64,000 nucleotides of DNA from Isurus oxyrinchus. Taxonomy: Eukaryota. The stretch covers positions 868,001-932,000 of the forward strand of contig JANJGN010000089.1 of assembly GCA_026770705.1 (NCBI GenBank), read 5' to 3'. The notes under the pieces are model-generated. The model saw nothing but the letters and a program-made list of their open reading frames with translations. It was not told where the DNA came from and ran no database searches. Below, one piece after another: positions 52,380 to 63,595 of this stretch. Both the position numbers and the translations under genes were made by a program. How positions within the stretch are numbered: the first letter of the stretch is position 1; every line of letters starts with the position of its first letter.

Positions 52380-52451
52380 TCCTCGTTAGTTTAATGATTA
52401 GTATGCCAACTGATCATGAGGGAGACTAGGGTTCCATTCCGCAATCAGGCG
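52380..52451 (+). pseudogene. Degenerate tRNA-Asp(GTC)-like pseudogene
   Basis: TCCTCGTTAGTTTAATGATTAGTAT...GGGAGACTAGGGTTCCATTCC aligns without gaps over 72 nt to the recalled vertebrate tRNA-Asp (about 51/72 by eye). The anticodon has decayed to ATC. A T-run follows at ~52456-52464. Confidence 0.75.
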
Positions 52452-52879
52452 TAGGTTTCTTTTTATCTTTAAGAAAGAAAACACACGAAATTGGAAATGG
52501 ACTTTAACACTGGACAGTTTGATATGTAAAAGACAGTGCGGATAAATATTTCTTATCAGCGACAGGCAGATTCAGGATCAGCAGTAGTTTTTTAGAGATA
52601 CCGGAATTTTAGTGTTCCTTGAGAGGAACGGCCCTTCATTCCAACAGTCAGCCCACAATTCGATATGTGTCCTAACACCAATGTTGGCTCTTTCACTTAA
52701 ACTAGGCTGAATCGGCATTTCTGTGAAATCATTGAATTTAGTTGTTTGAAAGCAGGACAGTTTGCTGAAATAAGTTATTTTAAAACCGAGAGGAACAGGC
52801 CATACACGACTTTGTAATCTAACTAGGCAGAATTCATTCATAATCTCACCGTAAAGTTGCATCTTGTAAACATTGACTG

Positions 52880-53880
52880 TAAAATGAGAGGGTTATATAC
52901 ATTATAATCTCTGCCACCATTTTGTCCATTATTAAAATGCAATTTGCCCTTTATTTCCTTTGCTTTCGGACAACAGCTATTCAGAATCCTGCCTTTCATC
53001 ACCGCACCCCTCCTAACTTTTCTTTCCTTATAGCATTGCCTCTCCCTCAGCGAACACGATGGTTCTCCAAATTCCAGTTCTATTTTCTGGTCATTTCACG
53101 ATCAGCAGATCCCTGGCACAGCGATTATTTTCTCTTTGGGCCTTTCATTGAATAAAATTTGAAAGATGATGAACGCCATTTTTATTCTTCTCTCTTCCGC
53201 CTCGCCAATCATTCAGTTGTCTTCCTTTGCAACTCTGATTGTCTCTTGAACTCCCTCCTGATACTCTTCAATTCCCGACACCAAACCACAATTCAGTCTC
53301 TACATATAACCCACTGACTGTCCCTGTGCCGTAGTAATTCGTCATGATTGCAGTAAGGATTCTATACAATTTTTTGCAAGTTTGAACAGGTATGGAAAAT
53401 CGGAAGCAATTCCCCTTGACTGTGAACAGACGACTCAGTGCCACCATCGAAGATTTAAAGCCAGAGATTTTACTGCGGGAAATTGAAAAATAATTCACTG
53501 TTCTCTTTCCCACCTGACTCCTGCTGTTAATTTACTCCCAGAATCCAAATGCCACCTCTCGCCATTGTTCCGCTGACCTTTGATGCATGTTAAACCTTCT
53601 AAGGTGTCACTACTGCCTATCTGAAAGATTCACGTGCATTTGTCCAGCTGCTATCTATTATGTCTGATTACCTCTGCTCATTTATTCCTGGTTCTCCGAA
53701 TGTTTGCCCTTTGCCCAGGCTCAGTGCAGTTCAGTGTACCCAAAACCAGCTGCGAACTTTGTCTTCATTCTCATTCTCTCTAGCCCCCTTGTCCCATCAT
53801 TAATAGCATTTAAACGTCCTTTCATCTTTGTTAATCCTCCAGGCTTTTTTCCTTTCGGACCACCGGCGGGTGCCTTTTGC
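52880..53880 (-). mobile_element. Possible highly decayed I/Nimb-group LINE 5' region
   Basis: The reverse complement has APE-like pieces (GGAGGGGTGCGG, ATTATAATGTATATAACCC = YNP-type) downstream of an ORF1-like stretch; weak. Confidence 0.3.
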
Positions 53881-53908
53881 CCCATAACTCTGTATCTTAA
53901 AGCTTCTT

Positions 53909-54793
53909 TCAAGGCTTTCTCTTAGTAATTAATTTCATAACTGATATAACCAGGTATTACACAGCACTCTTCAACTGCGCTCTGAAATTGGACTGAGTCG
54001 GCACTTGAATTAATGTGTTGGTGCAACAAATAAAATTCCGTAGCATATAGGCAATGTTTTCAAAGATATAAAAAGAATCGTTATCTAAGCCATCCGTAGC
54101 ATCAAAGAAATTTAAAATATACACCAACCACAGGAGTATGAAGCTGCCCGATATGGTGAAGTGTAAAATCACAGACTTTTTTCTGCTCTCCATCTCCGGG
54201 TCACTTTGATTCCCTCCCTTACTCTGACCCCTCAGTCCCTTACAGACCCAACTGGCCACTAAAATGTGTCTGACTGTCAGAGCGTTGAGCAAGAGAATTA
54301 CACCAAATGGTATCAATGGGGTTAAAATATTTTCAAAGTGTCTAAATCCAATCCATCGAGGGTCAGTAAAATAGCTTGGCTTATTTGAGCAGTGTCATGG
54401 TACATTCTCGACGATCCTCCTCAGTTGAATCTAAAGGAGATGGGAATGTTTTTTAAACAGATTAAAATGCCAGTTGCTGCTAGGACAATAGCCACACTTT
54501 TCTTGCTGCAATATTTAGATTTCAACTATGCACAACAATTGGCGACAGATCGATCAAAATTAAAAGCGATGGTGAACCAGACAGAACAATCTGTAGATGC
54601 ACAGAGAAGGACATAACGAACATACACACAGGAGTCATTTTCAGGACATTTAATGAGAAATAATAATCATTAATTCGGTTGAGTATGAACTGAGTAATAA
54701 TAACCAGGTGAACCGCTGTTGCCATTGCCACCAGATAGTGAGTGGTGCAGGTGGAGAGACCACAATTTCCATGGGACAGGATCACGATTGCTT
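53909..54793 (-). pseudogene. GPR139/GPR142-like GPCR pseudogene (paralog 3, exon 2)
   Basis: AIVILSHGNCGLSTCTTHYLVAMA...TPVC, frameshift, STDCSVWFTIAFNFDRSVANCC followed by a stop, further frameshifts, then LIPFGVILLLNALTVRHILVAS...DPEMESRKKSVIL..ISGSFILLW...CCTNTLI. Premature TAA at 53957-53959; probable original stop at 53909-53911. CAG acceptor at 54796-54794. Confidence 0.88.
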
Positions 54794-56039
54794 CTGAGTA
54801 AGAAAAAGGAGGGAAGATTGTCGGGACAATGCTGACATATGTTCTCTTTATTTGAGGATAGGCAAAATTGAATTTAACATCAAAAAGTTGTAGCTTGCAA
54901 ACGCTTCACAGATTAGCTAACCTCAGTCATGACCTTACAAGTCTCCAAACAGCCCATTTCCAAGTTCTTTCCCAGGCTGTTAGCAATCCCTCAGAGAGAA
55001 GAACCGCATTCACCTCGGGCCATTCACTGTGATTGTTGTAACGAGAATGATTTAAATTCCGAAGAAATTTAGTGAGTTGATGCAAGTGCCTGCAAAGCAC
55101 AGGTGATCATCTCTATTGGAAGATCACTAAAATAAGAGAGATCGGGCTAATTTGTATAATACCGTGGTGAAACACACTTAGCACAGTGTGTATGGGGCTC
55201 GAATTCAAATGACAAAACAAATATCGAGCCTTAGGGGCATTTGCACACTAACACCAACAATGAGTGGTATCAACGTCCATATAGATCCACCAAAATATTA
55301 CAGAGAGATTTTTTTTCCTCCAGAAGTAGTTGGAAAGCGAAAATAGTTCAGGCAAAATCATTTCAGAAGCAGCCAGTGTTTTAATTTTCTGAGACAGGAA
55401 TGGAGGTTACAGAAGCTGGAATGGCAAGAGCCTCTTGCAGAGCATGAAAACCAACGTAACCCACTTGGCACGAATTTCTGTGTTTCTAAATGTGTATCTT
55501 GAGTTTTAACTATTCATAGGTATCAGATTATTTTCTTTAATATTGAAACAGTCCATACATTAAATCACCACATTCATAATCCACTGGTTATCAGAAGCAT
55601 GCTTTGGAAGAAGATTAATCAGTAACAGAATTTCTGTCATTACCTTTACATAGAGTAATGTATGATAGTGGCCCACAATGAAGACGACTTTTCAAAGGCA
55701 GATGTTCCAGGAAATATATGCTCATTTCTGTCTTGTGATGCACTTCAGTAAATAACCCACACAGTTCAATTTTAAAGAAGCAAATAATCCCAATGATACA
55801 TGCGTTCTGGGGTCTGGTATTCTTCTCCAGTTAGTTGCTACATTCAGTTTAATGATAAATTGACAAATAGCTCCGGTTACACATTCTTCTCAGGAGTTTC
55901 TCGCATTGACGTTTGATTCAACAGGGCACATCATTGTGTTGAAATTTATCATATAGTGTGTCTGTGAGCTGGAAACGGTTTATATGCAACAAAATATATC
56001 TACACATGTAATTCAGGAGAGTTAATTACTTCAGTTATA

Positions 56040-56180
56040 GTACTAGGGAATCCCTTCTAAAAGCAAATTGGACCACATGGACAGCAAAGGCTCAAGAAGG
56101 CATTTCTGCTCAAGGGCAGCTAGGGATGGGCAATAAGTGGGCAGCGAAGCCCACATCCCATGAATGAATAAAAATAAAAA
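56040..56180 (+). mobile_element. Short 3' tail of the LINE family at 5341-8560
   Basis: CTCAAGGGCAGCTAGGGATGGGCAATAAG...CCCACATCCCATGAATGAATAAAAA. Confidence 0.7.
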
Positions 56181-56299
56181 AATGGATTTCTGTGTAACTA
56201 TGACAATTCAACCCAATGTAACTTGATCACTCGCAGAATAATAGCAAAAAAACAGCTCACGTACAGATTCGCTCAACGCCTTTGGACTTAGATACCTAC

Positions 56300-56364
56300 C
56301 AGGAACATCAACAATGGAAGGTTCAATTAGAATATTTTCCAACCCATTGCAGGCGTCGATGCAT
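56300..56364 (-). pseudogene. Frameshifted exon 1 of GPCR paralog 3
   Basis: GAAAATGCATCGACGC...ATTGTTGATGTTCCTG|GTAGGT starts MHRRLQWV and ends IVDVP+G, like AIGTP+G of the intact gene. Its 65 nt length is not 3n+1, so it is out of frame. Confidence 0.65.
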
Positions 56365-56939
56365 TTTCTGTGTGAAGTGAATCTGCTTCTTCGCGCAGCA
56401 AGCAATGTTTCTGAATTAAAGTCTGAAGTGATGCATCCCCTGTGCATTAAATCTATACCCTCCAGTTTCCCCACGGAGATAAAGACGTTGCAAAACTGTT
56501 CAGCGTTTTTTTTCTCTCACACTTTGAATACATAGATTACGACAACTGTGTTAATTTCTTCTCGACGGATTATTAGCAGCCCTGCGATTTAGTTGGGCCA
56601 TGCTCTACTTCATATGCGAGACCAATCTGAACGCATTAAATAACAAATCATAATTGGAAGCTCTGTTAAACAGCATCAGAAACGTCCCTTAAAATATCAT
56701 GACTCCCATCTCTTGATCTCATATTGCTTCAGAGCTGCATTCAATCTGACTAACCCTCAGTAACTGAATTCTTAACTTCAGAATGTTCTTTCCGGGCTAC
56801 TCCACTGATTCCTGTAATATGGCTGTTCTGTTTAAATGTGGTGATTTGGTTGAATATTTCATATAATCAGCACAACTCGCAGAATGTCTGCAAACCTGCT
56901 GTTGGCTATTTGGCCTGCCTTGTCTTATTAACAGGTTAA

Positions 56940-57960
56940 ATCCCATGCTCAAAGGTAGTACCAGAGACTGACACTTACATAATCAATCACACACTCACAG
57001 CTAATGCCAGAGAGCTTTATTTACAGAATCAATCCAAAACTCATTCACAGTAACAGAGGTTGATATTTACAGAATCAATCCCCCACTCACAGATATTATC
57101 AGAGTCTGGTATTTACAGATTCAATCGCACAACCACAGATAGTAAGAGGTAGTTATATTAACAGTATCAATCTCACAGGGAGAACCAGAGACTGATATTC
57201 ACAGACTCAATTCCACGCTCACACATAGTACTAGAGGCTGATATTCAACGAATAAATTCCACGCTCACAAGCAGCGCCAGTGGCTGATAATTTTAAAAAA
57301 TCAGTCCCACACTCACAGACAGTAACAGAGAATGATATTTACAGAATCAATCCCACACTCACAAATAGTAGTAAAGAATAATATTTACAAAATAAATTTC
57401 ACACTCACAGTTGGTATCAGAGGCTGATATTTATGGAATCGATCCAATATTCACAGATAATATAAGAGACTGATATTTGCAGGCTGAAACCCACAGGCAG
57501 AACTGTACAAATGACTGATGTTTGGAAAATTAATCCCACAATCACAGGCCGTACCAGCTACTGACATTTACATTGGCAATCTCATACTCACAGATACTAC
57601 CAGAGATCAAGCTTTACCGATTCAATCCCACACTCACAGATATTACAAGAGACTGATATTTGCAGTTTCAATGATTCAATCCCATACTGCCAAATACTAC
57701 CAGTGAATGATATTTACAGAATTAATCCAACATTCACAGTGAACACCAGCCACTAATATTTGCAGACACATTCCTACACTCAGGGATAGTGCCAGGGACT
57801 TATATTTACAGAATAAATCCTACACTCACATGCAGTACCAGTGAAATATATTCACCAAAATCAATTACACACGCACAGAGAGTACCAGAGAGTAACATTT
57901 CCAGAATGAATCCCAGGCTCACAAAAAAAGTTCCAGAGCCAGATATTTACAGAATCAAAC
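56940..57960. repeat. 46-bp minisatellite, about 22 diverged copies
   Basis: Consensus ACTCACAGATAGTACCAGAGACTGATATTTACAGAATCAATCCCAC repeated head-to-tail without spacers. Confidence 0.92.
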
Positions 57961-58200
57961 TTTATCTTTTGCATTTAGTTATTATTTCAGATTACCAGAG
58001 TGAGCAGCATCTTGCTTTTTGTAGAACAAATCAATCACTACGCGCAAATCAGTATTCAATTTAAAAATTGTAAGCAGCAAAGGGAACAATTCAGAACAAT
58101 TTATTTAATTTCGACCTGCATCATTCTCAGGGCAAAATCGCACCGAAAAGGCTGCAACTCAGCACCGAGCTGCTGATGTGAGAGTGTACATTCAGCAAAC

Positions 58201-58270
58201 TACGAAAGCTGGAATCAGATGCATATTAACTGTTTAGGAAGCGGCTATGCTGACCAGTGCACCAAAATGA
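58201..58270 (-). pseudogene. Degenerate tRNA-Gly(TCC)-like pseudogene, second copy
   Basis: The reverse complement TGGTGCACTGGTCAGCATAGCCGCTTCCTAAACAGTTAA...TGATTCCAGC resembles TGGTATAGTGGTTAGCATAGCTGCCTTCCAAGCAGTTGA...CGATTCCCGGC. Confidence 0.55.
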
Positions 58271-58339
58271 CAGGCTGCATAAACCGCATCTAACAAAAAT
58301 TCTGAAGGTAGCTAAAAAGTGCATTTTCATTAAAATTAG

Positions 58340-58890
58340 CATTACGTTGATGTTGCTCCACAGGAGGATTTATTAGGTCTGGTGACAAACGTTTGATCAA
58401 AGCATAGACTTTAAGGATTATATGAAAGATGAGCAGGAGCCAGGGAGCTGGAGAATTACAGGGAGGGGCTCCAGAATTTTAGACCACGTCAGCAGGAAGC
58501 ACGACTATCAATGCTGCATGAATTCAAATTGAGGAACGTTCAAGTTGGTAATAGGGCATGAATTTAGAAGATTTGTTAAACTGGAGGACGTTACAGAGAA
58601 ATGGAGGGGCGAAATCAAAGAGGGTAATCAAGGTAAGGATGCAGGTTCCAAAATTCAGCCATTGTCGTGCCAGGAGCTATTGTAGGTCAACAAATATTGC
58701 AATGATTGGTGAAACAAACCTGGTTCAGATGAAGAATTTTAGATGAGCACAGGTTCGAAGATGGGATGCTGACCAGGGGAACACTGGAATAATCAAGTCT
58801 AGAGTGAACAAAAGCATGAATGGGGGTTTCAGCAGCAGGTGAACAGAAGCCAGGTAGGATATGGGCGATGTTTGGGACGTGGATTTACAT
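58340..58890 (-). mobile_element. L2-type LINE 3' fragment
   Basis: Similar to 20390-20760 and 21295-21885 (TTTGATCAAAG, AGGGAGGGGCTCCAGAATTTTAG, CACTGGAATAATCAAGTCTAGAG). Confidence 0.6.
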
Positions 58891-59139
58891 TGTATTCTTT
58901 CGATAACATTCTTTCTGTCTGTCTAATTCCATTTAGTCAGAGATATTGGGGGGTAAAGGATAGAGTGTCAGGCATTGTTGTTTAATATTAGGATTGTTAC
59001 TGTATCTGTATCCCTGGAACTTTACATTAGTGAGGGAATTTTCACAGTTCACTGGAATCATAATCAGAAAAAAATGCCGCAGAAGGAGGCGAAAGTTGAA
59101 ACCCTTTAAAGCTAACGTATGCTCCCTTAAGAATCTCCA

Positions 59140-59549
59140 TTGGGATCATTCCTCGAGGATATTAGCTGCTCATGGCCATATTAATTTCAGTCATTCCTTG
59201 TTCTGGATTCACTGAGAGGAGTGAAGAGTCAGTGAACAGAACGGGGTGTCACACTTGTTCTGTCCCAAATTCTCCAGCCCCCGTCTGTTACTGAGGCCGC
59301 GGCCTCTCAGGAAATGTGCTGCCCCTAATTCTGCCGGAACACTGGATTTCAACACTGTCTAAACTGACAGCTGCTGATCCAAACCGGAATATTGCGTTCC
59401 TGGAGACATCACAGCTCGACTGTTCCCCAAGTGGGGAAGATTTAATAACGAAGAAACATTGAGTTCAGTTCAGTCACAGTTTCATACCCCAAACAGGGGG
59501 CTAGTGCGGCTTTTGCGGTTATCAGAGATTTCTAATCCTCAATAAATCA
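59140..59549 (+). repeat. Unclassified ~400-bp element, copy 2 (paralogous to 12721-13115)
   Basis: See copy 1; ends CTCAATAAATCA. Confidence 0.8.
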
Positions 59550-59779
59550 TGCAAACATAGAATGATGCAGCATCAAAGAAGGCCTGTCAGCACTTGTTTT
59601 TTGTTTCAGATTTCCAGCAACTGTGGTATTTTGCTTTTAGCCCATCCCCTGTTCCTGGGCTCTTTGAAAGATCTGTACAGCCCTAAAGAAAGTCTCGAAA
59701 AATTATATTAGTTTTTCTCTCTCCACAGATGCAGCCAGACATACTCAGCTTCTTTCCTAGCATTCTCTGTTTTGGTTTG

Positions 59780-60480
59780 GGCTATCCAATTAGCTCCACT
59801 CCTCCTTCCATTCTCCCTGAAACAATAACTTCCTATCAGCACTGACTTTTTAAAAACCATGATTCCACCACTTTCCCAGCTTCATTCCCTAAAATTAGGT
59901 CCAGCACCGCCCCCTCTCGAGTAGGCTTTTCTCGGTGCTGGACCTAAAAAGCTCTCAGGGATCAATTTTAAGTATTCTTCCCACTCTGAGCATTTTCCAT
60001 TTTGCGTTTCCCAGTAATTTCTGGGGAAGTTGAACTCCCACACCATTATCACCTTATTATTTATACACTTGCCTGAAATTTGCCTCCATAAGTTTCCTTC
60101 AATCTCTCCCCGACTGTTTGGGAGTCTACAGTACACTCCCCGAAATGTGACTGCCAATGTTTTGTTTTGAAGCCCGACCCATATCGCCTCATTTGAGGAA
60201 CATTCTAATATATCATCCCTCCTTAATGCATTAATTCACTCCTTTATCAATATTGCAACCTCCATATTCTCATGTTATGCCCCTCACACCCTCCTCTCTC
60301 GTCTTGCCTGAAGATTCGATACCCCACAATATTTAGCTAACAATTCTGCCACTCCCTCAACCATGTCTCCGTTATAGCATTTAAATCCTATCCCACTGTT
60401 TTAATCAATAATCTCAACTCAACTGCCTTACTCACAAAACCTCTGCATTAAAACCAATGCCATCCAGCTTTGCCATGCTT
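59780..60480 (-). mobile_element. CR1-type APE endonuclease fragment with tail piece
   Basis: ORF 59882-60157 AVTFRGVYCRLPNSRGEIEGNLWRQISGKCINNKVIMVWEFNFP matches CR1 APE (GVYYRPP...VGDFNFP). Confidence 0.8.
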
Positions 60481-63429
60481 CTTCGTACCTCAACTTGACT
60501 ATAGGCACTGCCCCTATAGGAACGTAGGGGAGATAAGTTATCCTTATGAATGCGAACAATTTAATACTTTTAGAAGAAACATTCAAAACATTTTGAAACT
60601 TCCAGAAACGCAACTTCTGACAGCCGGTCATTGACCCAAATATTTATCCTTGTGTCATCCCCATGGAGATGTTTCTGGACCTGCAGCCTTTTTTGCACAA
60701 TTTTCCAAACTGACTGTTTATCTTTTGATTATTGCCCATGCATTTTTCTTCTGGAGTGCAAAATGTAAAAGAAAATGTAGATTGGGATTTTGTACACGCA
60801 CTTCAAACTATTGTTCAGTGTTGCAGAATACTGCCATATGTAACCACCTCATGGGAGAGTCGGATTGCTGCTCCATTTTACGCAGACTCTTCTCATAGGA
60901 CAGCTCCCTCATCCTGGGACAAGTGAATGAATATTCACTGTGACGCCTCCAAAGAAATTGCATTGTATCGTAAATATGGAAATCAAAACTGTGAACAGTC
61001 TTAAAGGTATGGTGTCACCAAAGCCCTGTACTATTTTATCAAGACTTGTTTATTCTTGCACTCAAATTCAATTGCAATACAGGCTAAAATGCCACTTTCC
61101 TTCGAAAAAACAAAATAAGTTGTGTAAGTGAGTTTATGAGTTGCTGCATAGCAGCCGTCCAAAGGTAACATGAAAGAATAATGAAATAAACACGGTAAAA
61201 CAAGCCTGCAAAAGAATAAAAAGGAAACAAGATGGAGGCCTATATTATTCTCTAAAGTTGATGAACTCAGTGCTGAGTTCAGGCAGCTGTCGAGTGCTGA
61301 GCCAAAAGATGATCCGCTCTTCCACAAGCTTTGCTTTTGGTAAGGCCATTTATTCCCTAGATCCTCTTCTGTTACTCAGAGATATCGAGGTCAATTGGGG
61401 CAAAATCACGTTAGCCACGTGCCCCAAGAGATTGGTGTAATAAAACGCTATTGATCACAGATTTAAAATGAAACCACCAATTACCTTGAACCGAAGGGGC
61501 CTCCGATCTTCCAGCATCCTTTGTGTGTCGGAATGTTTCCTAATTGTAATCTTGAAACCTGTCTTTTTTTAACAAAAACTGTGGTCCGTAGTTTCAGATT
61601 CCAAGCTAGAGGAAATAGCTTCTTCAAATGACCTTATCTTTACAGTGGAATCTGGGTGTTCCAGTACATGAATCACTAAAGAAGTTTGTATGCACGTCAG
61701 CAAGTGATTAGGAAGGGAAATTGAATGTTGGCGTTTGTTGGGGGTGAATGGAATATAAAAGCAGTAAAGTTTTAATGCAGCTGTACAGCACTTTTGGCAA
61801 GGCAGATCTGGATATTGTGAACAGTTCCTGCTTCCATATTTAAAAAAAAAACTTTAATTCGTCATGAAACGATTTTTTCATGTTATTTTTAAGCATATAT
61901 GTGTGGGTGTGGATGGTTCTGTGTGTAACTGAACTAAATATAGCAGCTGGGAAGAACAAAACAGAATGTGAGGTTAGTGGGCAGGAAACACATAATTTCA
62001 TGGTAGGAAAGCCAACTAGAATTGTAATGATTACAGTAAAGAAACAAAAGATGCGTCTCTGCTCACATGGTCGAAAGTCTTGGTGAGATGATTGAAGACA
62101 ATACATAGTGGTCTCCTTTGCAGGCAGATGCTGCACTGAGAATGGCATGCCAATTGTAGAACCTTTGGCTCTGAATGAACACTTGGATTCAACCAAGATC
62201 TTCCGTCTGACGCATGCAACTTGAACAACAAAATTCCCCATTATGTTCAGCAGGCAGATGTCTCAATAGTTTTTTTGCAATCAGTGTGTTCGCCATTACT
62301 CTTCCACAGAGCCACAATATTTGCATTGTGCATTTCCTTTGTCACTGCCTCCTCCCACGAGCAGAGACCAGAACTTCATGCAGCTGCTGCAGGAATGTCA
62401 AATTATATATGCTTGTTAAGTTCAGGTGGGATAGTATCAACACCTGGAGTTTTGAAAATATCAGGTGAGTGAGTACCATTGAAAAGATCCTCCACTTGGA
62501 TAATGTATCCAGCTCTGTTAAGTCATGGCGTCTAGATCTTCCTCGGTGGCAATGCTTCCCCTAAAACTGCACTCAAGTTAATGCCCCACCATCACTCCAA
62601 CCGCTAATTGCAGTTAGTGATGAATTCTCCTGCCTTTGTTTTTAGTTGAATCAGGATTTCTGTTTTGTTGATGGCGCTGTTGCTTTTTTGATTCATTCAT
62701 ACCCGCACCCACAAAACCAGCCACCCCCAGGGCATCCCGCTGCTGAAGGGCATCTCAATATCTATAAGAGGTGTAACCACCCAGCAGTGTGGTGGACTTT
62801 ACATCAAACAGTTATTAGGGAATTCCGAGTTTGGTGGACTTGCACGTTGCATGTCTATGGCTCCAACCTGCTCTGCGTTCTCCTGAAACTGCAGTCTGAT
62901 GCTGTGAGGGACCAGTTTCCTTTTTTGCTGCGAGGAGGCACAGCTGTAAACTTGCTGAAGGAGAAGCTGTGCACCTCCAGGAGGAGATTTATGTATTTGG
63001 CTCTACTTTTCGCATTCCTGTAAGTGAGCAGCGTGGACTGAAAATGCAAAGCAATGTAGCACATAAATGCAGAAAGCATGGTAAACCTCTTAACACACAA
63101 TTAGACACGTCACATCAACCTGTTGGACATACCCATTTCAATTAAAACGAGAAATAATCATGCACCTACATGAAGATATTATAACTACATTAACTATTAC
63201 GTTCAAAATAATTAATGACCATTATCTGTGTCTGCACATAGAGGACTGTAATATACCTTCACGCTGTGTGAAGCTATATTTGTTGTGGATATTGTAAAGC
63301 TGGTATCAGTGAAGGTAAAGCATTTCTGAAGATGTTAGAAAATTGCAACATGGTTTACCTGCATCTTGTTGACCGAAAAACAATGATTCAAAATTGCTAG
63401 GTAACCCTCTTGGAACTCTGAGTATTTCT

Positions 63430-63595
63430 GCCAGCTGTGCTAATGTTTGTGTATCCCTGCTCAGTTGTGCTAACCCTGTGTACCTCTGTCCAACTGCGGT
63501 CATTCAGTTGTGCTGATCTAGTGTCTGCCTGTCCAGCTGTCCTCTCCCTGTGCATGCCTGCCCAGAGATCCTAGTTCCTGGGTATACCTGTCAGT
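63430..63595. repeat. Short ~29-bp tandem repeat, 5-6 diverged copies
   Basis: CCAGCTGTGCTAATGTTTGTGTATCCCTG / TCAGTTGTGCTAACCCTGTGTACCTCTG / TCAGTTGTGCTGATCTAGTGTCTGCCTG / CCAGCTGTCCTCTCCCTGTGCATGCCTG. Confidence 0.65.

Noticed and set aside
13892-52451. Functional tRNA genes
   Set aside because: Acceptor and anticodon stems and A/B boxes carry many substitutions in every candidate, so they are reported only as pseudogenes.
53721-53912. Lys/Gly-rich ORF resembling a histone tail
   Set aside because: No histone-fold or H1 globular motif; it is short and lies in the 3' flank of the GPCR pseudogene.
56940-57960. CRISPR-like array
   Set aside because: Units are head-to-tail with no unique spacers, are diverged along their whole length, have no cas genes nearby, and the DNA is vertebrate-like.
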